Part shown: one piece after another, positions 28,911 to 42,219 of the stretch | Position numbering within the stretch: position 1 is the stretch's first letter | Layout of the letters: each line of letters opens with the position of its first letter | Source of the DNA: Octopus vulgaris | Lineage: Eukaryota | DNA length: 64,000 nt | Reading direction: 5' to 3' | Assembly: GCA_951406725.2 (NCBI GenBank) | Contig: OX597842.1 | Location: 20,894,001-20,958,000, forward strand | Notes under the pieces: model-generated | What the model was told of the DNA's origin: nothing | The model's database searches: none | What the model saw: only the letters and a program-made list of their open reading frames with translations | Program-made: the position numbers and the translations under genes

Positions 28911-30122
28911 TCAAAATTGGCAAATGTTGGAATCCGTGCAACATTTCTGCACTGGATTAAGTATTTCCTAGCGAATAGAACACAACATATTGTAGTCGAT
29001 GGAGTCCACTCAAGCTCAGCAAAAGTCACCACACTCTCTTGGGCCCGCTCCTCTTTATAATTTACAGAAATGACCTTTCCAGTGTCGTACATTACTGCAA
29101 CGTGAAAATATTTGCTGATGACACTAAGCTCCAGCAAATCATCAATGAAGTAGCAAACCGAACTCAACTCCAGTCTTATCTATATGCTGTGAGACAATGG
29201 GCAGACAAAAACAAAATTCAACTGAACGAGGGAAATTTTGAGCTGATGCATTTTGGAAGAAAGTCCACACTAAAGCAGCCATATTCTCTTCCATCAGGGG
29301 AACCGCTCACAGCCTCTAACAATATCAGAGACCTGGGCGTAATTGTTGATGACAATCTCAGTTGGAGTGCCCACTTCAACAATTAGGTCGATATAGCTCG
29401 TAGGATGATCTCCTGGATCTTAAGAACCTTCCGGTCCAGGGAACAAGGTGTCATCATACCACTTTTCTCCTTTGTACGGCCACACTCGAATACTGCAGCC
29501 CACTGTGGTCTCCCCATACAAGAAAAAACATCTCAAAGATTGAATCACCCCAGAAGGCATCCACTAAACGAATTGAAGGCATGACTGCTCTCGATTACTT
29601 GGACCGCCTTAAATCCTTAAAACTCTACTCTCTCCAGTGTCGCCGTGAGCGGTACATCATTTGTACGATGTGGAGAATATACCGCCAACTTTGCCCAAAC
29701 GAGCTGAGCATTACTTTCAAGGTTATTCCAAGGCTGGGTCCACAGGCCATACGTCCCCTGCCCAACTCAGGATCACAGCATATAGGTTCACTGCAACATA
29801 ATTTCTTTTTCCTCAACAGGCCCTACCCTGTTTAACATTGTGCCGGAAGAGATCAAAGAGGAAAAGGATCCCATCACCTTTAAACGGAGTCTGGACAGAT
29901 TTCTTCAAGGAATACCGAATAAGCCACCCATACCTGGATACAACTCACTCAACAAAAACTCACTAATTTAATGGACCATAAATAAAACTTGACTTAAACA
30001 GGATTTAGATAATCCTATTAAGTGGTGCCATTAAGTTAGACATGGCCTGGACCAATCTTTGGTCGAAACATATCTAAGTTTAACTAAGTTTATGTATGTA
30101 TGTATGTATGTATGTATGTATG

Positions 30123-30150
<28 letters not shown>
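28905..30150 (+). mobile_element. 5'-truncated CR1-group LINE with (TATG)n tail
   Basis: LLSKLANVGI..WIKYFLANRTQ, GPLLFIIYRNDL, IFADDTKL, RDLGVIVD, LYSLQCRRERY. (TATG)n at 30090-30150. Confidence 0.9.
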
Positions 30151-30154
<4 letters not shown>

Positions 30155-31153
30155 CGGTCATCTGTTTACAGTAGCGAGAGGTATTTGGCGGAGAACATGG
30201 AAACTATTGGAGACAGAGACTTCTACCAGAATCTCATCGAATGTTTAAAACTCCGTTTGAAAAGGAAAATGATGGTTGACGGAGATGTGCTTCCCACCGT
30301 CCAAGTAAATGCGATGAAAGCTGGGTGAAAGCAAAGCTGCCATCAGTCGCTTGATTGGTCCAAGAATGGAGCTGCATCAGATCAAGAAACTAAAATTTGA
30401 CATTTGATGAATCACTAAAGGCGAGTGTTCATTGATTTCAAGCAGATATTAGTAGCTTTTCTGGAGCGCTTTCCAATGCTCGTCGACAATGGTGGGCCTT
30501 GCACGGTTAAGGGATTCACCGTCTCACTGGACGTCTCGTGTCATGTCTTGAGTGAAGTTGTGAAGCTTTGGAAAAGGCTGGTAGCATCTCAGAAAATTCC
30601 TGTATCGATGTCTATATTCACGTGGCAGATGTCACCAGGCTTTGTCAACATCGGTACCATTAGCTCTCTTTGGGTATTTGCCATTGAGATGTTTTCTTTG
30701 TCATTTATCTGTAAGAATATCTAAGTCAGATTCTTTGCACGTACTTTCATTTGCTTAGCTTTTTCTGTGCTTTGACGGTGAGGGATTTGGTAGTGATGAA
30801 TTTGTTTCGGTCTGCTGGCTTTGCATGTGTGGTTAAAGATTATGACTGATAAGGATGATGATGATGATGGTGATGATGACGATGATCATAATGACGATGA
30901 TGATGACGACCACTACGTGGACGCAGACGATGATTATGATGACAATATTTACTGATGGTGCTCTTAATATTTGGAATGATGATGATGAGGATGACGCTGA
31001 TATACAAAGTTGAAACTATAACAAAATAGAAGGATGAGAATAGGAATAAAATTAACGACGAGCAGTTATTGATAAATGAGTTAAAAAGGGTAAAGAAAAC
31101 TAAATTAGAACTGGAGACATGTATTTATCTATCTATCTATCTATCTATCTATC

Positions 31154-31839
31154 CATCAGACATTCCAGTAAAAAAACTCGAAATATTGCTTCAAATCTCC
31201 CAAGAAGCAATAAACAATTTACCAGCCTGTGTTCAACTAGCAAACGACCAAAAATTGTATGTAATGGTGGAGGGCAGGAGACCAAGATGCTATTTATGCA
31301 ACAGTGAGGCACACCTTAGATACGAGTGCCCAACTGCTGTCAGAAATAGGCAACAGCAACCACTCCCCAAACCTGGAAGGAAACCCCTGCTACCCACACC
31401 TCCTTCAACCCAAAAGACAGGAAAAACAGCGGACGATACAAAAACTGTTTCCCCCTCACCAACCACATCACCAAGAAGAGAATTACCTCCGACATCGCAA
31501 CCAACAAAAGAAGCAACATCACCACCAACATCAAAATACATACCAACACCAACACCAACACCAGCACCAAGAACAACAACCAAAAAAACAAATAACAATG
31601 ACGAAAAGACAAATTCTGCCCCTAACACCCCAACAACACAAACACCACACAAAACAACAACACCTTCTACAAACACACATATAGATCCAAACGTTTTGCC
31701 TCTACCCTCTTCTGATTCGGACTCGTCGTCCAACGACGAAAGTTCGACGGAATGGCAAATAGCCACAGGGGGTAAAAGGAAAAGACCCCCAAAAAAACAA
31801 AGAAAACGCAACCAAAGCAGGGAGATACCTGAACCCTGA
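31154..31839 (+). pseudogene. Tx1 ORF1 (5'-truncated gag-like zinc-knuckle protein)
   Basis: VEGRRPRCYLCNSEAHLRYEC (CX2CX4HX4C), then a P/T-rich linker and a basic WQIATGGKRKR tail. Confidence 0.8.
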
Positions 31840-32210
31840 AAGCTCCATACATAACCAAACAAGCACCAAAACCACAAAAACACACACAATGCTATCAGCG
31901 ATAGACACAAAAGACTCCAAACTAATGGAGTACATCACAGGCTACACAAACATCTGTGAAGATGACTTCAAAACTAACAACCATCACCCAAACACATCAA
32001 AATACTACACATCACACAAACACAACACCACAAACTCAAAGCCCTCTTCCCAAATGCTGTAGGGGGTTTCCAGAAATATCTCTCCCAAAACCTTTATAAA
32101 AACCTCCTCCAAGACACATCAAAGAACGAGGAAGCCAAAACTTTCGACACAAGTAAGTAACTCTCTGTACTTTCCTTTTTGTGTTTTAAAGCACACACCC
32201 CAATAGATTC

Positions 32211-35200
32211 ATGGTCAAGATTGGTTGTGTGAATGCGCGTGGCTTGGGGTCTCCTTGGAGAAAAGGATACCTCCTAAATGACATCAAGTCACACGATTTG
32301 GGAATCATAGCCATAAGTGAGACCAGACTCCACGAGCCACGGGCCCTAAAGTCCATGTTTGGCGGACAGTTTAACATTTATTTTGCTCCCTGTCTGCCGA
32401 GGATGGGCGGTAGTGGCACCACGGTACTTTTTCACAAGAGCCTGGATCTCGAAGTCAAGACGATATTCGTAGACCCGGAGGGTAGACTGGTCGTCCTGGA
32501 TGTCGACGGCAGCAATGGGTGCGCTTTTCGACTCGTATCAGTCTACGCACCGCCTTTAACAGGTCGGCCGGATTTCTTTCGACGTCTAGAAGTATTCCTG
32601 GGAACGTCTCGCCCTTTACTTTTAGTGGGGGATTGGAATGCTACCTTGGACACGCATCTAGACTATGTGGGGAGAGACAAAAACAGAAGGGGATGCAAAT
32701 GCCTCAGAGACCTGCTCAGACGATTCCAACTGTCTGACAGGTACCGACTCGACCACCCAAATGCACCAACGTGGACATGGAGCAACCGCAGTGGGTCGTC
32801 GAGATCGTATCTAGATAGGATACTGTGTAGGACAGTAGACAAGGATAACTTAGGATGTCCACAATTCCATACAGTCAGCTACACGGATCACAAATTCGTG
32901 ACGTGTACGCTAGACTTAGATAAGGCACATAGACAGGGTCCTGGTTACTGGAAACTGAATGCATCATTCCGGTACAGACAAGTTTTCAGAGACAGAATCA
33001 ACACGTTAGTAAAAAGGGCTTTAACAGGAGCCATTCTCAATAACAAATAGTGGTTCGCCCTCAAGAGAGCAGTAAAAGCGGAAGCAATAAGATATAGCAA
33101 GGCACTAGCCGTAGATAGATAGAGTAGAGGGTGAGTTAGTTAAGAAATTAGAAGAGGCAATAAGAAGCGGCATCACACCCGACGTTTTGGCAGCAAGGTT
33201 GGCCCTTGACCAACACTTCAACGCCAAACACGAAGGGTGTGCTGTCAGGGCTAGGATACGGGCTCTAAGGATGGAAAGTGTTGGAGCCGCGAAGGAGGCC
33301 CGGGTGGCAGAGGCGCAGCAGGGCAACAAAGCCACCATTCGGTCTCTGGTAGATGAACAAGGGCGCGAATTGCTCGAGCCCAGCAAGATGTGCGAGGCAT
33401 TTCAGCGGCACTTTGCCCGACTGTACGGGACGAGTGGAGAGCGTGAACGCAGGGTGGACTTCAGTGCCTACCTGCACAGCCTACCACGACTCTCGGCAAG
33501 AGAGGCAGAGTGCTGCGAAGGTGCCATCACGGCGGCGGATGTGCAGGACGCGATGGCAGAATGCTCGAGAGACAAATCGCCGGGTTTGGATGGTCTGCCC
33601 TACGAGTTTTACAATTGTATGCCAGACTTGTTTGGAGACGTCTTGGCAGCGGTATACTGCAACTGGCAGCAAAACGGGAGCATACCCGGCTTTGTGAGTC
33701 GAGGAGCTGTAACACTGCTGAAGAAAGATCTAAACAAGGCAAACATTATAGATAACTTTAGACCAATCACTCTGCTCAATGCAGACCTGAAAATTTTGAC
33801 AAAGGTGTTAGCCAAGAGGTTGGCGCTTGTCATCGAGAAACTGGTCGACAACGCCCAAACGTGCGCCGTGCCGGGCCGGACCATCCATGACAACCTCCAT
33901 CTGATGCGCTACATCATAGACAGGGTAGTTAACGAACCTGGCATGGGTGGGGCCCTGATCAACTTGGATCAATCGAAAGCCTTCGATAGAGTAGACCATC
34001 GATACTTGGAGGCAGTCCTGAGAGCGGCTGGTTTCGGTCCCGTCTTCCGCGGCTGGATAGCTGCCTTGTACAGAGGCATCCGTTCGGTAATTCGCGTAAA
34101 TGGACATCTATCGAGACCTTTCGACATGGCACGTTCGGTCCGTCAGGGATGCCCCCTCTCAGCGCTTCTATACGTATTGACTCTTGAGCCACTACTGCGG
34201 AAGCTGGCGACTCTGAGGGGCATCCCGCGAGAATTAGGATGCGGGACGAGCGTGTCTGCATACGCGGACGACGTCACCATCATAGTGTCAAGCCACGAGC
34301 ACATCGAGCGGGTCGGCGAGACACTGAAAGACTACGAAGCGGTGACAGGAGCAAAAATCAACCGGGAAAAGTCAGTGGGCTTCGGCTCGGCAGCTGGAGA
34401 AGCAAGCCCATGCCGTCCACCAGCGCCTCCGTCGTGGGACGCTGGACAGACGGCCCGGTTGAGTTGCTCGGGGTCTGGTTCGGTCCGGACCTCCAAATGG
34501 AGAAGAACTGGAACGAGATAACGAGTAGGGTGGTCACTCTCGCCCAGCAATGGGCCGAGAGGAAACTGTCCCTAAAAGGTCGGGCGGAGGTGGCGAACGC
34601 GTACATCGCGTTCATCATCTACTACCGCCTGTCCGTCGTACCTTGTCCCGACCCTACCTTCACCAAACTAGAACGCATCCTCTTCCGCTTCTTGTGGAAA
34701 GGATGCGTCCCGATGGTCAGGCGATCCATTTGCTGTCAACACCCGTTAAAAGGAAGGCTGGGCATGCCGTGGTTGATGATGCGCAGACACGCGCTGAGAC
34801 TGCGACACCTCCGGCTCTATGTAGACGACGGTGAACAGGTGTGTTCGCCGTTTGTGAGGCACGCATTCCCGCAACTCGTCTCCATGACCGAACTGCAGTC
34901 GTGGATCAAAAAGAGGCCGAGGAAGGGCGAATGGCACCGCGAGTGTCGCGATGCTCTCAAGCAACTCTGCCGTCCCGGGTCGACCTTGAGTGAATTCAAC
35001 ACAACCAAAGCATTCTATAGGGGATTAGTGGAGGGGATGTACGACGACGATCTCGGGGCAAACCTGGACAACTTCCAGAGATCCCTGGCCTGGCGGTGCT
35101 ACCGAGAAGCTTTACCCGTTCGGGATAAGCTCTATAGGCATGGCTCGAGAGACACGGGGCCGACCTGCCCGAGATGCGGTCAGAGCGACGAAACCGCTCT

Positions 35201-35585
35201 GCACGCAATCGTGCAGTGTCCAGCAATTTCCGACCTGTGGTCTTATGTGGAACGACTGCTGTCACGTGTGGGACGTGCCGGTCTATCAGCCGAGTCTATC
35301 GTTAATATCGTCACGCCTCCTTCCATCAAACGGGAAGGAAGAGCTATTTTTATCATACTTGTGGCTATGGCGAAAGAATGTATCTGGTGGACGCGCCTGA
35401 AAGGATTAGAGACAAACACTTTCCTCTCTGGTCAATCTCTCATCAACTTCTTCAAGTACCACTTGAAGAGGAAAGTGAGAGTAGAGAGGCAAGTTTTGTC
35501 TAGTGAATGTTTTAAAAAAAGATGGGTGAATGTAGCAAAGATGGCACGTATGAATGACGAAGCCACCTTGACAATGATTCTATGA
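32211..35585 (+). pseudogene. Tx1 ORF2 (APE endonuclease + reverse transcriptase), disrupted
   Basis: NARGL, ISET, VYAP, GDWNA, SYLDR, TDH (APE). KSPGLDG, FRPITLLN, DQSKAFDRV, VRQGCPLS, YADD (RT). CPRCGQSDETALHAIVQC. Stop at 33048-33050 and frameshifts near 33120 and 34380. Confidence 0.93.
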
Positions 35586-35954
35586 ACCGTAAAAATTAAT
35601 ACAGAGAGTTGCTTATTTGCAAAAAAAAATGAAAAAAAGAAATATAACATGTGACTTCATTGACCGAGGTTACCGTGGTCTTTTCCGTAGGCTTTTCTTT
35701 CCACGGGTAAACCTCACCTGTCCTCCCCTTTACACTTCATATTGACATTTCTGTGATTACGATCCCTATTGATCAACTTTTTTCCTCTCCCCTTTTCTTT
35801 TTTTTTCCCCTCCTCCCCTTTTTCTGTCCTCTTTCTTTCCTTTTACGATCCCTTTTGATCGAATACTAACCCCCTTTTTTTTACCCCCAAAAGAAAAGCT
35901 CTACCTTGTAATTTGTTCTGTCTGTGTGCAGCCCTGTGTGGCTAATAAAGAAAC

Positions 35955-36061
35955 ATATCTATCTATCGATCTATATATCAACCTAACTATCTATCTATCT
36001 GTCTATTTATCTATCTATCTATCCATCCATCTATCTATCTATCCATCTATCTATCTATCTA

Positions 36062-36106
<45 letters not shown>

Positions 36107-36495
36107 ATCTATCAAACTATCTATCTATCTGTCTATCTATCTATCCATCTATCTATCTATCTACCTATCTATCAAACTATCTATCTATCTGTCTATCTAT
36201 CTATCTATCTATCTATCCATCTATCTATCTATCTACCTATCTATCTATCTGTCTATTTATCTGTATATCTATCTATCCATCCATCAATCTATCTATCCAT
36301 ATATCTATCTATCTACCTATCTATCAAACTATCTATCTATCCATCTATCTATCTATCTCTCTATCTACCTATCTACCTATCTGTCTATCTATCTATCTAT
36401 CTATCTACCTATCTACCTATCTACCTATCTGTCTATCTTCTATCTATCTATCTATCAATCTATCCATCCATCTATCTATCTATCGATCCATCTAT
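35955..36495. repeat. Expanded degenerate (TCTA)n tract 3' of Tx1
   Basis: Direct reading. The paralogous empty sites (e.g. ~16578-16635) hold only a short TCTA array. Confidence 0.9.
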
Positions 36496-36603
36496 CACTT
36501 TATCAATATATCTATCAATTGCCAGACAGATACGTAAACACATACACACATATACCAATATATAAATATATATGTATATATTTGTGTGTCTATATATAAA
36601 TGT

Positions 36604-36649
<46 letters not shown>

Positions 36650-38441
36650 CACGTTTATACATATACCTCTTTCAGTAATTTGACAATGGCCATGCTAGAG
36701 CCTTTATTCGAACCAATCGAACCCAGCATTTATTTGTTGAAAGACTAGCGCTTATTCTCTCAGTGTCTTTTGCCGAAACACTAAGTTACAGGGTGTGTAA
36801 CACCAACATTGGTTATTAGGTGATCTTGAGGGAACACAAATATATACATAAATCTGTCTATATTTGTGTGTCTGTGCTTGTGTTAGCACTAGCAATAACC
36901 ACTTTCCAACACCCAGACCACAAAACATCATCTACACACCCATACACAATCATCCGCACACCCACACACTACAGACGCACACAGCTACGCAAGCATACAT
37001 CCACACATCATAGTCATTAGCCCCTATCAACACACACACACACTTACACATTCTTACATACACATCCGCACGCACACCATTGTTTTGGGATCTCCAGTTG
37101 TTTATTATCTTCCCCGACTCTCTATCTCTCCCGTCAAGCTAGGATTTTCCTAACTAGTAGCCCTGCTTGATCCCTATATCGACAAGATTTTTAATCCCTT
37201 TTTGTTCATGTTCTCCTTTCTCTTTCTGTTGAGGAGCATAGGCTCGAAAGTAAAGGAATTTCTCAATTTCCCGAGCGTTGAATCTAACACCTGTTTTCGA
37301 TTTTTATTTTCCCGTAAAATTAATCTACCGACACACAAACACGCGAACACACACACACGCAAACACACACACAGACACACACACACACACACATCTATAT
37401 ATTAAAAGGATGTGTGTTATAATACTATTCCGCAACCATACCAACAAACCAACATACCTGTATCCTCTGCTACGCCACGGTTACCATTATGGTATCGACA
37501 CTTGGTCACTACCCTTCAATCCGGCGGTGTCAACAGCACTAAAATAAGTGTTGTTTGGGAACAAAGAAATCAAAGAAACCACAAATTTCAACCACATTTA
37601 CCCTATGTATAACCGTATCAATAAATAATTCAATAAGTAAATTACAACTCCTAAATACGTAACTAAACAGCGTGAAATCTTTTAAATCATACAAAAATTA
37701 TAATCTCTACCGTCTTCCGTAGATATGAAAGTAAAACCTTAATGACCACAATAGTGCAATCAGTCAATATATCGGAGGATAAAACACTAACTTCCACAGC
37801 ATACCTCGAGACAGGTGTGATCGGACTGAAAGTTCTCATAGAGTGAGAGAGTCCGGAAGTGAATAGTATTAAATTTACATCTAATATAGGATAAAACTTT
37901 CGAAAAAATGTTATCAATCATCAATAACCATATAATTTATCACTATCAGCTCTCGTCTCGAAAGCAAGCCGATAGGATTTTCGACAACAAATTTCGTTAT
38001 TATCGGATCGATCCCCATTTCTGAGTTAATTCATTTAGAATTTTCTCGTCATCAGCGATAAATACTATGAGAGAATTCTCTAAGAGAATTTTCAGTCCGT
38101 TCACATGTTCTCGAGCTATGCTGCGGAATTTCTATTTTGGATTTATTAGGGGTACTTAAGTGTGCTCATGACTTAGTGTTTACTTCTTCCATAGGTACAA
38201 GTAAGTATCTCATTTATTTTCTTATCTTATTTATCGCTGATGACGAGAAAATTCTAAGTGAATTAACTCAGAAATGGGGATCGATCCCAAACAACGAATT
38301 TTTTTTAGAAATTTCTATCAGGTTGCTTTCGAGACGCGTGCTTATAGTGATAAATTATATGGTTATTGAAGATTAAGTCTATTTCAGCATATTCGGCATT
38401 GCATTCTCTTTCTTTTGCCCTTGTTTATAAGTTGTATATAT

Positions 38442-38538
<97 letters not shown>

Positions 38539-41500
38539 TTCATGCTTGTGTGTCCATTTTTCTTGCTCGCCTTAAGTCATTTTATCGCTACATCTTTATT
38601 TATTTAAAAATAAATTTAGATATTTTCCCCTCCGTTGAAATGCAAAACTCTATACAACACGGAATTCCAACTATAAATTTTGTTGCATTTAAACCGTTCT
38701 CTAAATGCACTTGGTTTAAACAAATGATAGAGTATCATGATTTCGTTAGTTTTAATATTAACATTGATATTCATGAAATCTACGTCCCATGGAAATTTAA
38801 ATTGAACTTGATTAAAATTTTGAATGTTTCAGCATAAATTCCAATTTCTCTTTGTTTAACCGTGAAAAGAGCTATAAAGAATCAATTAGAATTAGGAAGG
38901 TAATAACTTTTCCATATGAACAAGAAGAAATATATGTGAATTTATATATAAGTAAATGAAGAGGTAGGGAAAAAGATTTAAGCTCAGGAACACAGATACA
39001 CACACACACAAATATGAATTATATACATATAAATTTATATATATTTCTACATGGAAACACACTCTGGAGGGAATAAAGGGGCCACTCAGTACACTGCAAG
39101 TGGCGCTGCCACCGACAAGATTTACTCTTGTCCGCTTCTCCAACGGTAAACACGAGGATTCTTTTCAATTTTGCATATTTTAATGACACTGTCCGACATA
39201 TGGGCGAATAAGCGTAGGTGCAACGTGGCAACGGAAAACAATTTGGTGTTGATGAATCAGGTTAGATGCGTTCTATTCGATTCTAAGCAGATATTTGCGG
39301 CCTTTAGGGAACACTACGTGCATCAGTTTCTGGAGGTTAGTGGTCCATTGACTATGAAGGTCTTAACCGTCAACGTAGACGGCTTGTGGCAACACTCGAA
39401 TGAAACTACGCCGTTCTACAAATGGTGGAAAATTGTTGCGGTATTCGAGATGCTGGGTTAGATGTCGCCATGGCTTGAGGATCAGCCTTACGCAGTTTAA
39501 AATTAATTGCCATACATAGCAGTGAGTGCAATGGCAGGTGTATACAACAAAGGGAAGAAGAACGAGATGATTCTTAGCCCTGATAAAATATGGGGGTCAC
39601 GGCAATGTTTAGAAGGAACTCGAAAAAAATGTATTTGATAATAATTTGAGGCCCGTAATTAGGCTTAATGCCGAAGATTCCATATCAAAATCATCTAAGC
39701 ACAACAGGTTCCTGCTTGCACAGTACATCACAGACAGAATGAATAACAAATGCGTTTCCAATGAAATCCTAATTTTGTGTTAGTCAAATGCCAACTGTTG
39801 GCGCCTGCACTGAAGGAAGCCGGATTCGGTCCTGTTTCCAGAGGCTGGATCGCAGTAACCTACAACAAATTTTGCGTGTTGGAACCATTCAAATCAACTG
39901 GAACTAAGAAGACCTGGCGAACAGGCTATAAGCAGAGAGGTAGTATGGTGGAGAATACAGAACGGTTGAAGAGAGAGAGATAATACGATCAAACTCTCAT
40001 CGAAGCCTTAAAATTCCATTTAAAATGACGGTGAGGGTGGAGTGAGAGAGAAATCCACACCACCCAAGTAAATGTAGTGAAAAGTGGGGGAATACTAAAC
40101 TGCACCTGTAAGCTGAGTCATACCGAGGAAGATGGAGTACTTGTCGTCGTAGTCTTGACCTAACTTTCTTTACAACATCTGCCATAATGGCATGGACGAT
40201 CCTAAAATTACTTGAGTAGTTTATGACTGGGAGTCACATGAATTTCAGCTTCGTCAGTCAACAAAGTTGGCCTCAGAAGCAGGTATTACTCAGTCAGTAA
40301 CGGTCACTTATAATCCATCATCTAGAAGACAGTGGAAAACCTGGGGAAGGTGTTTAAATTTAATCGGAGTGACACATAATCTAATTGTGAAAGCAACAAG
40401 GATTCTGAAAGGCGACTATCTACAATGGACACGTGATGTCTCCCAGTAATTTTAAGACCTGGAGTTAAAAATAGAGCATCCACCATGGATCATTTGGCAG
40501 TTCTCCGTACATGACATTTCAATATCCTCGTTGAAGAGAAGTAAGCGATTTCCTGTGAAAAAGGCTGAGCAACGTAGTCCTAAGTGGAAAATACAATTTG
40601 AAGCACTTTATAAGCAGCCTCAGAGAAAGCTTGGTTCTCGGTGATTAGTTGTTGCGTTAGCGAGGCTTTCGGTACGAGGGCAATACATCACGGAATTGGA
40701 GTGCGGTGGAGGATTTCTTGGCTTCACAGGTATGTGATGAAAAACCTGATTTGGATGGAACCACAACACCTCACTGTGACAAGTGGCAAGAAAGGTTTAG
40801 GAAGTTACTGAAAAAGAAAGGTGTGTATGTCTTACTACTTTCATACTAATAGACAGTCTATGCTTTTCTTTTGGTTGTCATCTAACCTTATGGTTACTCT
40901 TATTTTACGAGAGTGGCAGAAGCTTACATACAAGAATGATGTGTGACTGCCGTTCTATAATATGGTAGTTTCTTGTAGGTAGGCCTTGATCTTTAGCTGC
41001 TATATTAAATCCGTCTATGTCTTATTCTAAGCCAGAAAACACTAACCATTGATGGGTAATGGCTTTATCCACATCGGTACCATTTGCTCTCTTTGGGTAT
41101 TTGCCATTGAGATGTTTTCTTTGTCATTTATCTGTAAGAATATCTAAGTCAAATTCTTTGCATGTACTTTCATTCACTTAGCTTTTTCTCTGCTTGCTTC
41201 TAGTACGTCTAATTCTGGGATTTGTTGTATTTGGAATTCACTGAGATATTCCTTTGCATATTTTGTTATTTTGTATGACACTTTCTTGTTTTCGTGCTTT
41301 GAGACAACTTTTAACATCCAGTCATGAGAGTTGTTTAGGTAAGTGTTTCGGTCAATCGTTAACTCCATTGTTAATTCCAATTGTAAATGTTACGGCCACC
41401 CTCTTTTCTTGGTAGGTAAAATCGTTCTACATCTGCTTAAGGGTGGTGCATTCTATGCATTGTCAACAATTTTCGTATTTTTCTGTTAAGATTACATATT

Positions 41501-42147
41501 TCAATAATTGATTAGTTAATGATATTGAAACTGTAAGTCACGCCTGGTATAGCAAAAGTACTGATCACTTCGATCCTGTTTCTTGCATTCAGCTCTGTCT
41601 TAAATATTGCTTTTACCCTGCGATAATAATCTATTCTGATCCTTTCCCTCATCACTGAATATTTGATCATGTCCACTTCAAATACCGATAAGTACATGTA
41701 TCTCTCCGCTGGTTCTAATTCCTTTATGACATTCTGCGGGATGTTCCTGTCGTTTTTCCTTTGATAAATGTAGCTTTTGCTCATTTATCGAGGTCAAATT
41801 GCAACGTGATATCATCAAAGAATTGTTTAGTATCTCCCGCCCAAGACGAAACATTAAAGGACTATATATTTATCCACATATTTCAGGCATAAATATACAT
41901 ATGACTATACACGCACTTTTCACAATATACCAAACAGTGATGTAGAACATAAAGACTTATGTAAACACACATCGTCACACATAAACACACTCAACTCACA
42001 CACACTCACATACATATATAGAGAGAGAGAGAGATAATGTGAGTTATGGAAGGGAAAAAGAAGGTTAAGAAAGAAAGATGGGAAGATATTAAATTTGAGG
42101 AAATATATACTCAGGAATATAGTATGAACAAGACTGGTTCAACTTAC

Positions 42148-42219
42148 AATCCACGTAAGTTTGGAAGATTTGCAAACGATCCATCTTCAATTTTCACGAT
42201 TGTATTATTGGATAGATCT
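42148..42219 (-). CDS. 72-bp single-LRR exon G: DLSNNTIVKIEDGSFANLPNLRG(L)
   Basis: acttac at 42142-42147, acceptor tctttcAG at 42220-42221. 72 nt. Confidence 0.93.

Larger units (their letters stand above)
31154..35954 (+). mobile_element. Near-full-length Tx1-type (L1 clade) non-LTR retrotransposon inserted in (TCTA)n
   Basis: ORF1 3' part with CCHC knuckle, ORF2 with APE, RT and C-terminal Cys motif, pyrimidine-rich 3'UTR, AATAAA at 35944-35949. TCTA repeats on both sides. Confidence 0.95.

Noticed and set aside
28871-28946. Rescue of exon F using the AG at 28947-28948
   Set aside because: It would be 76 nt (frameshifting) and consist partly of antisense LINE sequence.
32211-35585. Autonomous active Tx1 copy
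   Set aside because: In-frame stop, at least two frameshifts and a 5'-truncated ORF1, although some lesions could be sequencing errors.
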